Below are positions 47,696 to 58,846 of a stretch of DNA of 64,000 nucleotides, in pieces (position 1 is the stretch's first letter; each line of letters starts with the position of its first letter). A program made the translations under genes and the position numbers. Source of the DNA: Macrostomum lignano (Eukaryota); the NCBI GenBank assembly GCA_002269645.1, contig NIVC01001143.1, positions 186,001 to 250,000 of the forward strand, read 5' to 3'. Below the pieces are notes generated by a model that was not told where the DNA came from, searched no databases, and saw nothing but the letters and a program-made list of their open reading frames with translations.

Positions 47696-50484
47696 GTTGT
47701 CGGTCTGGGCTTGAGTGTTCTGCAAAATTGGAACACGCTTGGACCGTGCACTGCACCATACAGGCATTGCCTGATTGCAGCTCTCAGTTTCAGCCAGTTT
47801 TAGCCCCCCATCCTGAGGCCTTGAGTTCCTTCTCGGCCACCAGCTGGCTGGGGAATGAATCCCTTCACGGGTGGGAATACTTAAAGAGGCGTCAGTCACT
47901 CTGAAGCAAGGCCTAAGAAAATTTCCTCGGAGATTCCCGCGCGAACGGGCGCCACTGTCTCCGAGGTGAAGCTGTGACTGACAAGCGGCAGAAGCAGCAG
48001 ACAATGGTGGGGAAGACAATGCCGATGTGAAGGCACTTGGAAACTCAAAGATGCATACACGACCCTTTCCATGGCTGGGGGGGGGGGTAGAGAACAGCTC
48101 AGCCTCGACTCTTGAAAATTACGAGGCATCAAAGGAGAACTTCTCAACTTTTCAGAGCTAGAGGAAAAAGCATGAATATGAAAGGCACGGGGATGAAGGG
48201 ATAACAGGGAATATCTAATCCTGTCTCCAATTCTTCCTTGTCCGAGGCTGCCGGATCGATAAAGAGAAAAAGTGATGAGCGCCCGGCCCGGCTGGTTATC
48301 GCCGCTTCTCATCGGCCTCATCAGCCCGGCTGGCAGCTGCCCCCCCCCCACGGCTCGTCATCTGAGATGAAGGAAGCTGGCTGCTCAGGGCGTGTAAGCT
48401 ACATCACCGGTCAGCTCACTCCAAAAGCAGTTGCTGACTTATTCCGTATGAAGTCGACGGGGCCTCTCCCAGAGGCAAAAGAGATCGGGGAAATCTGTGA
48501 TCATGAAAAATACAGGTGAGAGCGCCTGCAGCCTGGTGAGGATTATCCGGTAGAATTCCTCGGGGACCAGGCGTCAGACGAGAGCAGTCTGAAGAAGAAT
48601 CGCAAACAATGTTGTCTGGGAGGTCAGGGGACCCCCCCCCAATGTGGACCCCGACCCGTTCCGGCAACAGGAACCGGAGACCGCAGCTGCCTACGCTGCC
48701 TCATCAAATTGATGAAGGCCAATGCTCTAACAGAAACAATGGACCAAATGCGTGACGAATTTTCCAACTATGCAGCACAATGGGCTGCATAGTTCTTCCT
48801 GGCGCTCCATGTGGTTGCAAGGAAGTAGTCCTGACTAATTGGGCCTGCGCCCCCCCCCCCGCGCCGCTGAGGCCAAGCAGCTCCCAGACTCACCCGGGTA
48901 GCTCTGTTGTTGCTGCAGGACGATGACGAGTCACCGACAATGAGGCAGGAGTTTTCAAGCGGTTCAGGAGTCCGGGGCTTGAGGCGAATTGCTCAACGGG
49001 GTGCGCAAGGAAGGCCGCGTCGGAGCCGCGGGTGCCCGACTTTATGGAGGCCGGGCTGCCCGGCTCGCATTGGCTGCGCCGGCCCGGCACCGGCCAGTGC
49101 AGGTGAGGCGCGCCCGCCCCGAGCAAATCCGCCCCAGCCCTTTGACTGACAGGCGCTGGCGCTCTGGGGGAAGCTGCTGCTTTCACTGCTGCTTCTTCGT
49201 TTCTGGAATTCCCGCCGGCTCTGGCCTGGCCGTGTCAAAGAGGTTGAAGCTGCCGCGGGGCCGTCGCCCCCCCCACCCCCACCCCGAGGATTATACAGCG
49301 CAAAATATTCACAATGGGAGAAGTAAATAATTCAGCAGTTGCTCAACCTTTGACGCATTTCAATCGGCCCTCCTCGCCCCGGGCTTGAGGCGTCGCGTCT
49401 CCATGGAGACTCCACGGAGCAGGGCGAACAGGCGGCTGGCACTGCAGGCATGGGGAGCCGGGGAAGGTTGGCAGGGCCCAACAGGCTTCTGGGCCCCAGA
49501 ATGCGGAGGGAATTACAGCAGACTGGCAACTCTGTCAACGAGAGCAGGCCAGCGATGCTTGTAGGGCAAACAAAAGTGTTTTATTCGAGATCACGGGCCA
49601 GTATTTGAGCTGCCTCCCCCTCATTATCTTCCTTGGCTCTGCCCACTGCTCCCAAGCTTGTTTTGCCTCGCAATGCCGGGGTCAAAGCCAAGATTCCATG
49701 GCAGCTTCGGGGCTGGAAGCTGAATTGCAGATTTTATTTTTAAAGAAATTTTCAACCAGTCCGTCTGCCTGGGACCATCGGGGCAGCTCAGCGCAGGCTC
49801 CCGAGTCCTACCGGTGCTCACCGCAACCAACTCTCTTCCCGTAAAATCACGCATGGCCTGGACCCCCGGGCGACTTCCGGTTCCGCGAGCTCTTCATCCG
49901 CAGCCGTGGTAATCCAGAAGTTTCAGCCTGATTGCCCGTTAAAAGCTAATGGGAGAACAATGGGATGGCCGCGCGACTTGAGCCGATTTTGTGAAGAGGC
50001 TGGACGGGGCTGCATCAGGAATCGATGTCCAGGGAGTCTGGCACTATCTAATTCCCATCCTGCAGTTCCCCCCGGTGACCCACTTTGCAGGGTTCCATCG
50101 CGAGCTCAATGGGCACAGGTGAGCTGGGTTGGAGTGTCAGCTGATGACGAGGCGGAAGTCAGGATTGCCAGTCTGACACCCCAGTCTCCCGCCCTGGATT
50201 GGGATTTAAGAGGGAGGACAATTTCGTGGGGAAAAGTTCTATGAAAGTTTTCATCATTTTCATAAATTAACGCATTCACTGCCTTTAAGCGACAGACGAG
50301 AACCAAGTTATGCTAAAATGAGCTGTGCACGTGTATTGAGTCCCCTGATACGGGGCTGGATAGAAGATGAAGCGAAGTAATTGCATTGGTAATTAAGTCG
50401 GCAGCATTACGGGTAATAAAAAACATTAATCAAATTAGTGATAATCTTTTCTGGATTCTTCATCTGGCGTACCGTGCAGTATAG

Positions 50485-51856
50485 TGCCTACCCCATCCAG
50501 ACCTACCCCATCCAGACCTACCCCCATCCAGACCTACCCCATCCAGACCTACCCCATCCAGACCTACCCCATCCAGACCTACCCCATCCAGACCTACCCC
50601 ATCCAGACCTACCCCATCCAGACCTACCCCATCCAGACCTACCCCATCCAGACCTACCCCATCCAGACCTACCCCATCCAGACCTACCCCCATCCAGACC
50701 TACCCCATCCAGACCTACCCCATCCAGACCTACCCCATCCAGACCTACCCCCATCCAGACCTACCCCATCCAGACCTACCCCCATCCAGACCTACCCCAT
50801 CCAGACCTACCCCATCCAGACCTACCCCATCCAGACCTACCCCATCCAGACCTACCCCATCCAGACCTACCCCATCCAGACCTACCCCATCCAGACCTAC
50901 CCCCATCCAGACCTACCCCATCCAGACCTACCCCCATCCAGACCTACCCCCAACCAGACCTACCCCATCCAGACCTACCCCATCCAGACCTACCCCATCC
51001 AGACCTACCCCATCCAGACCTACCCCATCCAGACCTACCCCATCCAGACCTACCCCATCCAGACCTACCCCATCCAGACCTACCCCATCCAGACCTACCC
51101 CATCCAGACCTACCCCATCCAGACCTACCCCATCCAGACCTACCCCCATCCAGACCTACCCCATCCAGACCTACCCCATCCAGACCTACCCCCATCCAGA
51201 CCTACCCCATCCAGACCTACCCCATCCAGACCTACCCCCATCCAGACCTACCCCATCCAGACCTACCCCCATCCAGACCTACCCCCATCCAGACCTACCC
51301 CATCCAGACCTACCCCATCCAGACCTACCCCATCCAGACCTACCCCATCCAGACCTACCCCATCCAGACCTACCCCATCCAGACCTACCCCATCCAGACC
51401 TACCCCATCCAGACCTACCCCATCCAGACCTACCCCATCCAGACCTACCCCCATCCAGACCTACCCCATCCAGACCTACCCCATCCAGACCTACCCCATC
51501 CAGACCTACCCCATCCAGACCTACCCCATCCAGACCTACCCCATCCAGACCTACCCCATCCAGACCTACCCCATCCAGACCTACCCCATCCAGACCTACC
51601 CCATCCAGACCTACCCCATCCAGACCTACCCCATCCAGACCTACCCCAACCAGACCTACCCCATCCAGACCTACCCCATCCAGACCTACCCCATCCAGAC
51701 CTACCCCATCCAGACCTACCCCCATCCAGACCTACCCCATCCAGACCTACCCCATCCAGACCTACCCCATCCAGACCTACCCCATCCAGACCTACCCCAT
51801 CCAGACCTACCCCAACCTAGACCTACCCCAACTAGACCTACCCCAACCAGACCTAC
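50485..51856. repeat. 15/16-bp minisatellite (CCATCCAGACCTACC), ~90 copies
   Basis: Array 3' of the RNF217-like stop codon. Confidence 0.97.
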
Positions 51857-51952
51857 CTCAGAGACCACAAAGAGAGTTTGGCCAATCAAAGGATAATGAA
51901 ATAAAAAATCGGACAAAATGTACTGCCGGACATTCCCGATGCTCCGACAGAG

Positions 51953-53584
51953 TCATGGCAGTCTCTGCTCTCCCAGCTGCCGGCGCCGCCGCCTCTCCCT
52001 TACGGCCAGCAATGGCGCCCACACGGGGCTGGCGAGCAGCAGCAGCGGCGAGGCGGTGAGGGCGACGATGACAGCGCCGCCGATGCCGACGCCGAGTAGG
52101 CCTCGACGGATCGCGCGGCGAAGGCGCGGCCGGTCGGGCAGGAACTCGGCGCTGCAGCCGAACACGCTGAGCCGGGAGCTGTGGCCGCCCAGCAGCCGCC
52201 TGGGCAGCAGGCCGAAGTAGCGGCCCTCCTGCACGAGGCGCTTGCCGCACAGGTAGCAGAACTCCGTGCGGCACACCGTGCAGCTCACATAGCGGCAGCC
52301 GCCGTTCCGCTCGATCAGCGCCCGGCACTCCGGGCAGTGGCGCGCCCGACGACTCTCGGCGACCCCGGCGGCCTCCATGTCCGGGTCCGGGCGCATCTCG
52401 CGGCTCCAGGCGGTCAGCAGCTGGCCGTCCGAGTCGGCCGAGTCCGGGCACCGGCGGCCTGGGTGATGCGGCCCGTGGCAGGCGAAGCACCAGGCAAAGC
52501 CGCAGGCCTCGCACTCGACGTCGTTGACCCCGCTGTCCTGGTCGCGGCGGCAGACGTGGCCGCAGTCCGGGCAGGTCTTCGCGTCCGGCAGGCGCTCGGC
52601 GTCGGCCAGCAGCTGGTTGTACCGATGCAGCAGGTCCGGCCGGCCGCGCAGGCACAGCAGGCGAATCTCGTCGCGAGACAACAGGACCGGACAGCTCGGA
52701 CAGCCCACGTACGGCCGGCCCTTGGCCAGGGCGAAGCGCGTGTGGTCGGCCAGGCAGGCGGAGCAGCCCAGGAGGCGGCAGCAGCGGCGCTGGCGCACCA
52801 GGACGCTCTCGGCGAAGCAGATGTCGCACTCGCCGATGCTGATCGAACTGGGCAGGTCGCGGAAAGAGGACGCGAAGCGGTCGAGGTAATAATCCAGGCA
52901 GGCCGCGGCGCGCAGGTCGCACACTTGGCGCCTCTCAGTCGAGCTGAACAGCAGCGAGAACTCGTAGGGCAGCGCGCCGGCTGGCGACGCCTCGAGCAGC
53001 GCCCGCATCTTGTCGCGTAGGTGAGCGCTGACGCCGCCCGCCTGGAAGAGGCTGGGCAGGTGGGCGCCGAGCGCCCGGTCGAAGGCGGCCTTGTCGAAGC
53101 GGGCCAGGCAGCTGCGACCGCTGCTGTCGAATTCCACTAGCAGTGGGTCCAGGCCCGCCGGCTCAGCCTCTGCTGTAGCCTCTGGAATTGCTGCTTCTGG
53201 AATTGCAGCTTCTGGAATTGCTGCTTCTGGAATTGCTGCTTCTGGAATTGCAGCTTCTGGAATTGCTGCTTCTGGAATTGCTGCTTCTGGAATTGCAGCT
53301 TCTGGAATTGCTGCTTCTGGAATTGCAGCTTCTGGAATTGGTGCTTCTGGAATTGGTGCTTCTGCAATTGGTGCTTCTGAAATTGGTGCTTCTGGAATTG
53401 GTGCTTCTGCTTCTGCTTCTCCTGTAGTTTCTTCTTCCGCCGCTGCATCAGCAGCCGCCGCTTGACTCACAGACTCCAGAGGCCCTGCATCGTCGTAGTT
53501 GCTCACTCGGTCACCCCGATCAGCTTCTGAAGACGGCTTGGTCTCTTCCAGAGCGCGCAGAGATCTCGCAGCCTCCGAGACCAT
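51953..53584 (-). CDS. RNF217: RBR (RING1-IBR-RING2) E3 ubiquitin ligase with C-terminal TM, RNF217-like; apparently intronless
   Basis: RING1 CDICF...CCRLLGCSAC...CPSC; IBR CPDC...CEACGFAWCFACHGPHH; RING2 CPEC...IERNGGCRYVSCTVCRTEFCYLC; RNF217-type GHSSRLSVFGC; hydrophobic tail. First ATG at 53584. Confidence 0.88.
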   Translation of the reverse strand: MVSEAARSLRALEETKPSSEADRGDRVSNYDDAGPLESVSQAAAADAAAEEETTGEAEAEAPIPEAPISEAPIAEAPIPEAPIPEAAIPEAAIPEAAIPEAAIPEAAIPEAAIPEAAIPEAAIPEAAIPEAAIPEATAEAEPAGLDPLLVEFDSSGRSCLARFDKAAFDRALGAHLPSLFQAGGVSAHLRDKMRALLEASPAGALPYEFSLLFSSTERRQVCDLRAAACLDYYLDRFASSFRDLPSSISIGECDICFAESVLVRQRRCCRLLGCSACLADHTRFALAKGRPYVGCPSCPVLLSRDEIRLLCLRGRPDLLHRYNQLLADAERLPDAKTCPDCGHVCRRDQDSGVNDVECEACGFAWCFACHGPHHPGRRCPDSADSDGQLLTAWSREMRPDPDMEAAGVAESRRARHCPECRALIERNGGCRYVSCTVCRTEFCYLCGKRLVQEGRYFGLLPRRLLGGHSSRLSVFGCSAEFLPDRPRLRRAIRRGLLGVGIGGAVIVALTASPLLLLASPVWAPLLAVRERRRRRQLGEQRLP

Positions 53585-54109
53585 CGCCTCAGAGCGCGAT
53601 TCGGTGCTATGGCTACAGCTGAGCAGTGCAGTGCGAGCCCTCACCCACAGCCGTACCTAATAAGCAACGCCCAGAGCCCCGTCCAAGTTTCGTATTGACA
53701 AGAGCTGCGCACCGGGTCTATTTTTAGACATGGCCAGCTTGTTTCAAAAATGGGCGCGCGTACAATCAACTGCGCGACCTTGGTTACAGAGTCAGCGCAC
53801 TCGGTGAGTGCACCGCTGCGGTGTACATGCAGCGGTGAGAAAGAGGGAGAGAGAGAGAGAGAGTGGAAAGGAGAGAAGTCTCGCCCGCTGAGTTTCAAGT
53901 GTTAAATATCAGATTTGCTTTTTACGTCTGATATGGCTTTGCCAAATTAAGAAAATTGTTTTCATTTCTACCTTCTAGAGAATTCAAAATGACATAACTG
54001 GCTCACAAATTGACTAAGTTTCACTCCCTTTGACGCATTTCCACACTTGAGTCACACAGGATCAAGATTCTGAATCTCAATATTAGATATATAGATTTCA
54101 TCTGTGAAT

Positions 54110-56395
54110 GTGTTGGAAGTGGATTGTGAATGGGTTGGCGCTAGATTGTGAATGGGTTGGCGCTGGATTGTGAATGGGTTGGAGCTGGATTGTGAAGAGC
54201 TGGATTGTGAATGGGTTGGAACTGGATTGTGAATGGGTTGGAACTGGATTGTGAAAGGGTTAGAACTGGATTGTGAAAAAGTTGGAACTGGATTGTGAAT
54301 GAGTTAGAACTGGATTGTGAATAAGTTGGAACTGGATTGTGAATAGGTTGGAATTGGATTGTAAATGGGTTGGAGCTGGATTGTGAATGGGTTGGAGCTG
54401 GATTGTGAATGGGTTGGAGCTGGATTGTGAATGGGTTGGAACTGGATTGTGAATGGGTTGGAGCTGGATTGTGAAGAGCTGGATTGTGGATGGGTTGGAG
54501 CTGGATTGTGAATGGGTTGGAGCTGGATTGTGAATGGGTTGGAACTGGATTGTGAATGGGTTGGAGCTGGATTGTGAATAGGTTGGAACTGGATTGTGAA
54601 TTGGTTGGCGCTGGATTGTGAATGGGTTGAAGCTGGATTGTGAATGGGTTGGAACTGGATTGTGAATGGGTTGGAGCTGGATTGTGAATGGGTTGGAGCT
54701 GGATTGTGAATGGGTTAGAACTGGATTGTGAATAGGTTGGAGCTGGATTGTGAATGGGTTGGAGCTGGATTGTGAATGGGTTGGAGCTGGATTGTGAATG
54801 GGTTGGAGCTGGATTGTGAATGGGTTGGAACTGGATTGTGAATTGGTTGAACTGGATTGTGAATGGGTTGGAGCTGGATTGTGAATGGGTTGGAACTGAA
54901 TTGTGAATGGGTTGGAACTGGATTGTGAAGAGCTGGATTGTGAATGGGTTGGAGCTGGATTGTGAAGAGCTGGATTGTGAATGGGTTGGAGCTGGATTGT
55001 GAATGGGTTGGAACTGGATTGTGAATGGGTTTGAACTGGATTGTGAATGGGTTGGAGCTGGATTGTGAATTGGTTGGAACTGGATTGTGAATGGGTTGGA
55101 GCTGGATTGTAAGTGGGTTGGAGCTGGATTGTGAAAGGGTTGGAACTGGATTGTGAGTGGGTTGGAGCTGGATTGTGAATGGGTTGGAGCTGGATTTGAG
55201 TGGGTTGGAGCTGGATTGTGGATGGGTTGGAGCTGGATTGTGAATGGGTTGGAGCTGGATTGTGAGTGGGTTGGAGCTGGATTGTGAATTGGTTGGAACT
55301 GGATTGTGAGTGGGTTGGAGCTGGATTGTGAGTGGGTTGGAGCTGGATTGTGGATGGGTTGGAGCTGGATTGTGAATGGGTTGGAACTGGATTGTGAATA
55401 AGTTGGAACTGGATTGTGAATAAGTTTGAACTGGATTGTGAATAAGTTTGAACTGGATTGTGAATAAGTTTGAACTGGATTGTGAATAAGTTTGAACTGG
55501 ATTGTGAATAAGTTGGAACTGGATTGTGAGTGGGTTGGAGCTGGATTGTGAATGGGTTGGCGCTGGATTGTGAATTGGTTGGAACCGGATTGTAAATGGG
55601 TTAGAACTGGATTGTGAATAGGTTGGAACTGGATTGTGAATGGGTTGGAGCTGGATTGTGAATAGGTTGGAATTGGATTGTAAATGGGTTGGAACTGGAT
55701 TGTGGATGCGTTGGCGCTTGATTGTGAAGAGCTGGATTGTGAATGGGTTGGAGCTGGGTTGTGAATGGGTTGGAACTGGATTGTGAAAGGGTTAGAACTG
55801 GATTGTGAAAGGGTTAGAACTGGATTGTGAATAAGTTGGAACTGGATTGTGAATGAGTTAGAACTGGATTGTGAATAAGTTGGAACTGGATTGTGAATGG
55901 GTTGGAGCTGGATTGTGAATAGGTTGGAATTGGATTGTAAATGGGTTGGAGCTGGATTGTGAATGGGTTGGAGCTGGATTGTGAATGGGTTGGAACTGGA
56001 TTGTGAAGAGCTGGATTGTGAATGGGTTGGAGCTGGATTGTGAATGGGTTGGAACTGGATTGTGAAGAGCTGGATTGTGAATGGGTTGAAGCTGGATTGT
56101 GAATGGGTTGGAGCTGGATTGTGAATGGGTTGGAGCTGGATTGTGAATGGGTTGGAGCTGGATTGTGAATGGGTTGGAGCTGGATTGTGAATGGGTTGGA
56201 GCTGGATTGTGAATGGGTTGGAGCTGGACTGTGAGTGGGTTGGAGCTGGATTGTGAATGGGTTGGAGCTGGATTGTGAATGGGTTGGAGCTGGATTGTGA
56301 ATGGGTTGGAGTTGGATTGTGAGTGGGTTGGAGCTGGATTGTGAATGGGTTGGAGCTGGATTGTGAATGGGTTGGAGCTGGATTGTGAATGGGTT
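54110..56395. repeat. 22-bp minisatellite (GCTGGATTGTGAATGGGTTGGA), ~100 copies
   Basis: Visible array between the RNF217-like and SHIP-like genes. Confidence 0.97.
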
Positions 56396-56749
56396 GCAGC
56401 AGCAGAGGGAGGCAGCAGGTGTTTCAGTACCCAGAGTCTAAGTAGGCAGGTGCTATTTATAACTCTGCGAAAGCAGAAGACAAAAGGGGAGGCAAGAAAG
56501 AGACAAAGCGAAAGCTGAAGTGCTCGGGCTGTTTTGCATCGCCCAGCCACAGTTGCGGATCTGCATTCGCAGCTGTATTGGGTTCCAATCTTGCTGACGG
56601 AGCCTGAGAGCTGGAACTCTCAGCAGAGCAGTTTCTGATTTTACGAGCGGCAGGAGGGCCGCTAAAATGCGAAAATTGCAGCGATGGCTAAACTTGAGAC
56701 GCAAGAGCTGCACTTCTGTGAGGGGGAAAGCTCACTCATTCTGTGCAGG

Positions 56750-58260
56750 GAGACTGGGTGTGCAATGGAGTAGACTGGGTGTGCAATGTAGTAGGCTGGG
56801 TGTGCAGTGATGTAGGCTGGGTGTGCAGTGATGTAGGCTGGGTGTGCAGTGGAGTAGGCTGGGTGTGCATTGGAGTAGGCTGGGTGTGCAATGGAGTAGG
56901 CTGGGTGTGCAGTGGAGTAGACTGGGTGTGCAGTGGAGTAGGCTGGGTGTGCATTGGAGTAGGCTGGGTGTGCAATGGAGTAGGCTGGGTGTGCAGTGGA
57001 GTAGACTGGGTGTGCAGTGGAGTAGACTGGGTGTGCAGTGGAGTAGACTGGGTGTGCAGTGGAGTAGACTGGGTGTGCATTGGAGTAGGCTGGGTGTGCA
57101 GTGGAGTAGACTGGGTGTGCATTGGAGTAGGCTGGGTGTGCAGTGGAGTAGGCTGGGTGTGCAATGGAGTAGGCTGGGTGTGCAGTGGAGTAGGCTGGGT
57201 GTGCAGTGATGTAGGCTGGGTGTGCAGTGGAGTAGACTGGGTGTGCAGTGGAGTAGACTGGGTGTGCAATGGAGTAGGCTGGGTGTGCATTGGAGTAGGC
57301 TGGGTGTGCAATGGAGTAGGCTAGGTGTGCATTGGAGTAGGCTGGGTGTGCAGTGGAGTAGGCTGGGTGTGCAGTGGAGTAGGCTGGGTGTGCATTGGAG
57401 TAGGCTGGGTGTGCAGTGGAGTAGGCTGGGTGTGCAGTGGAGTAGGCTGGGTGTGCAGTGGAGTAGACTGGGTGTGCAGTGGAGTAGACTGGGTGTGCAA
57501 TGGAGTAGGCTGGGTGTGCAGTGGAGTAGACTGGGTGTGCAATGGAGTAGGCTGGGTGTGCAGTGGAGTAGGCTGGGTGTGCAGTGGAGTAGGCTGGGTG
57601 TGCAGTGATGTAGGCTGGGTGTGCAGTGATGTAGGCTGGTTGTGCAGTGGAGTAGGCTGGGTGTGCAATGGAGTAGGCTGGGTGTGCAGTGATGTAGGCT
57701 GGGTGTGCAGTGATGTAGACTGGGTGTGCAGTGATGTAGGCTGGGTGTGCAGTGGAGTAGGCTGGGTGTGCAATGGAGTAGGCTGGGTGTGCAGTGATGT
57801 AGGCTGGGTGTGCAGTGGAGTAGGCTGGGTGTGCATTGGAGTAGGCTAGGTGTGCAGTGGAGTAGACTGGGTGTGCAATGGAGTAGACTGGGTGTGCAGT
57901 GGAGTAGACTGGGTGTGCATTGGAGTAGGCTAGGTGTGCAGTGGAGTAGACTGGGTGTGCAATGGAGTAGACTGGGTGTGCAGTGGAGTAGGCCCAGTGG
58001 AGTAGACTGGGTGTGCAAAGGAGTAGGCTAGGTGTGCAGTGGAGTAGACTGGGTGTGCAGTGGAGTAGGCGCAGTGGAGTAGGCGCAGTGGAGTAGACTG
58101 GGTGTGCAGTGGAGTAGGCTGGGTGTGCATTGGAGTAGGCTAGGTGTGCAGTGGAGTAGACTGGGTGTGCAGTGGAGTAGGCTGGGTGTGCAGTGGAGTA
58201 GGCGCAGTGGAGTAGACTGGGTGTGCAATGGAGTAGGCTAGGTGTGCAGTGGAGTAGACC
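56750..58260. repeat. 21-bp minisatellite (CTGGGTGTGCAGTGGAGTAGG), ~70 copies
   Basis: Visible array. Confidence 0.97.
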
Positions 58261-58846
58261 AGGGCAGAATTTTAATTTATTTTTTCCTTGTTAAAGAAAA
58301 TGAAAGCATTGAGAGGTGAAAAGTTTCGAGTTGCTGGTTCATGGGAGCGGTCACAATGTCACTAAAGCAGATATTTGACCTGCTGCTGGAGACAGTCCAG
58401 CTTGTATTTGCACTCAACAAAGTCTGGGCTTGTGTGAAGTCGCGATTTTGCTTTGACGCGAGACTCTCAAAATAAAACAAAAACCAAACAAAAATTGAAC
58501 TATTTACAGATTAAAAGAACACAGTGAGCTGAGCACAAAGTAACACAGGATAACATCGGCAAAGACAGATAGCACAGTTTGAGCCAGGCGAGTCTTTGTA
58601 GCTAATTGTGCGCAGTCTTTGTTCGGCAAGGCTTCTGAGCGGCACTAAAAATAGCTTTGCACTTTAAAGCATGATTACTAGCGAACAACAGGCGACATGA
58701 AGAGTTATATCGGGGATTTTCTCAACCTAGATTTTTCTAAGAAAGCTCAATATCGATCTCCTATATGAGCGATTCCAAGAGAGGTGAGACTTCGATGAGA
58801 ACAGTTGTGCTGCCAACACAGGGCTACTGAGCCCTGCTTGTGTGAT

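Noticed and set aside
50438-51896. Pro-rich PDLPH/QTYPI extensin-like ORFs
   Set aside because: 15/16-bp array with constant frame switching.
51858-53465. Overlapping long ORFs around RNF217 (354, 279 and 124 aa; QFQK and LLELQ repeats)
   Set aside because: Alternate-frame and antisense shadows of a GC-rich CDS and its 15-bp repeat.
55858-58228. HTQP/LHCTPS/VQWSRLG repeat ORFs
   Set aside because: Translations of 22- and 21-bp arrays, open in most frames.
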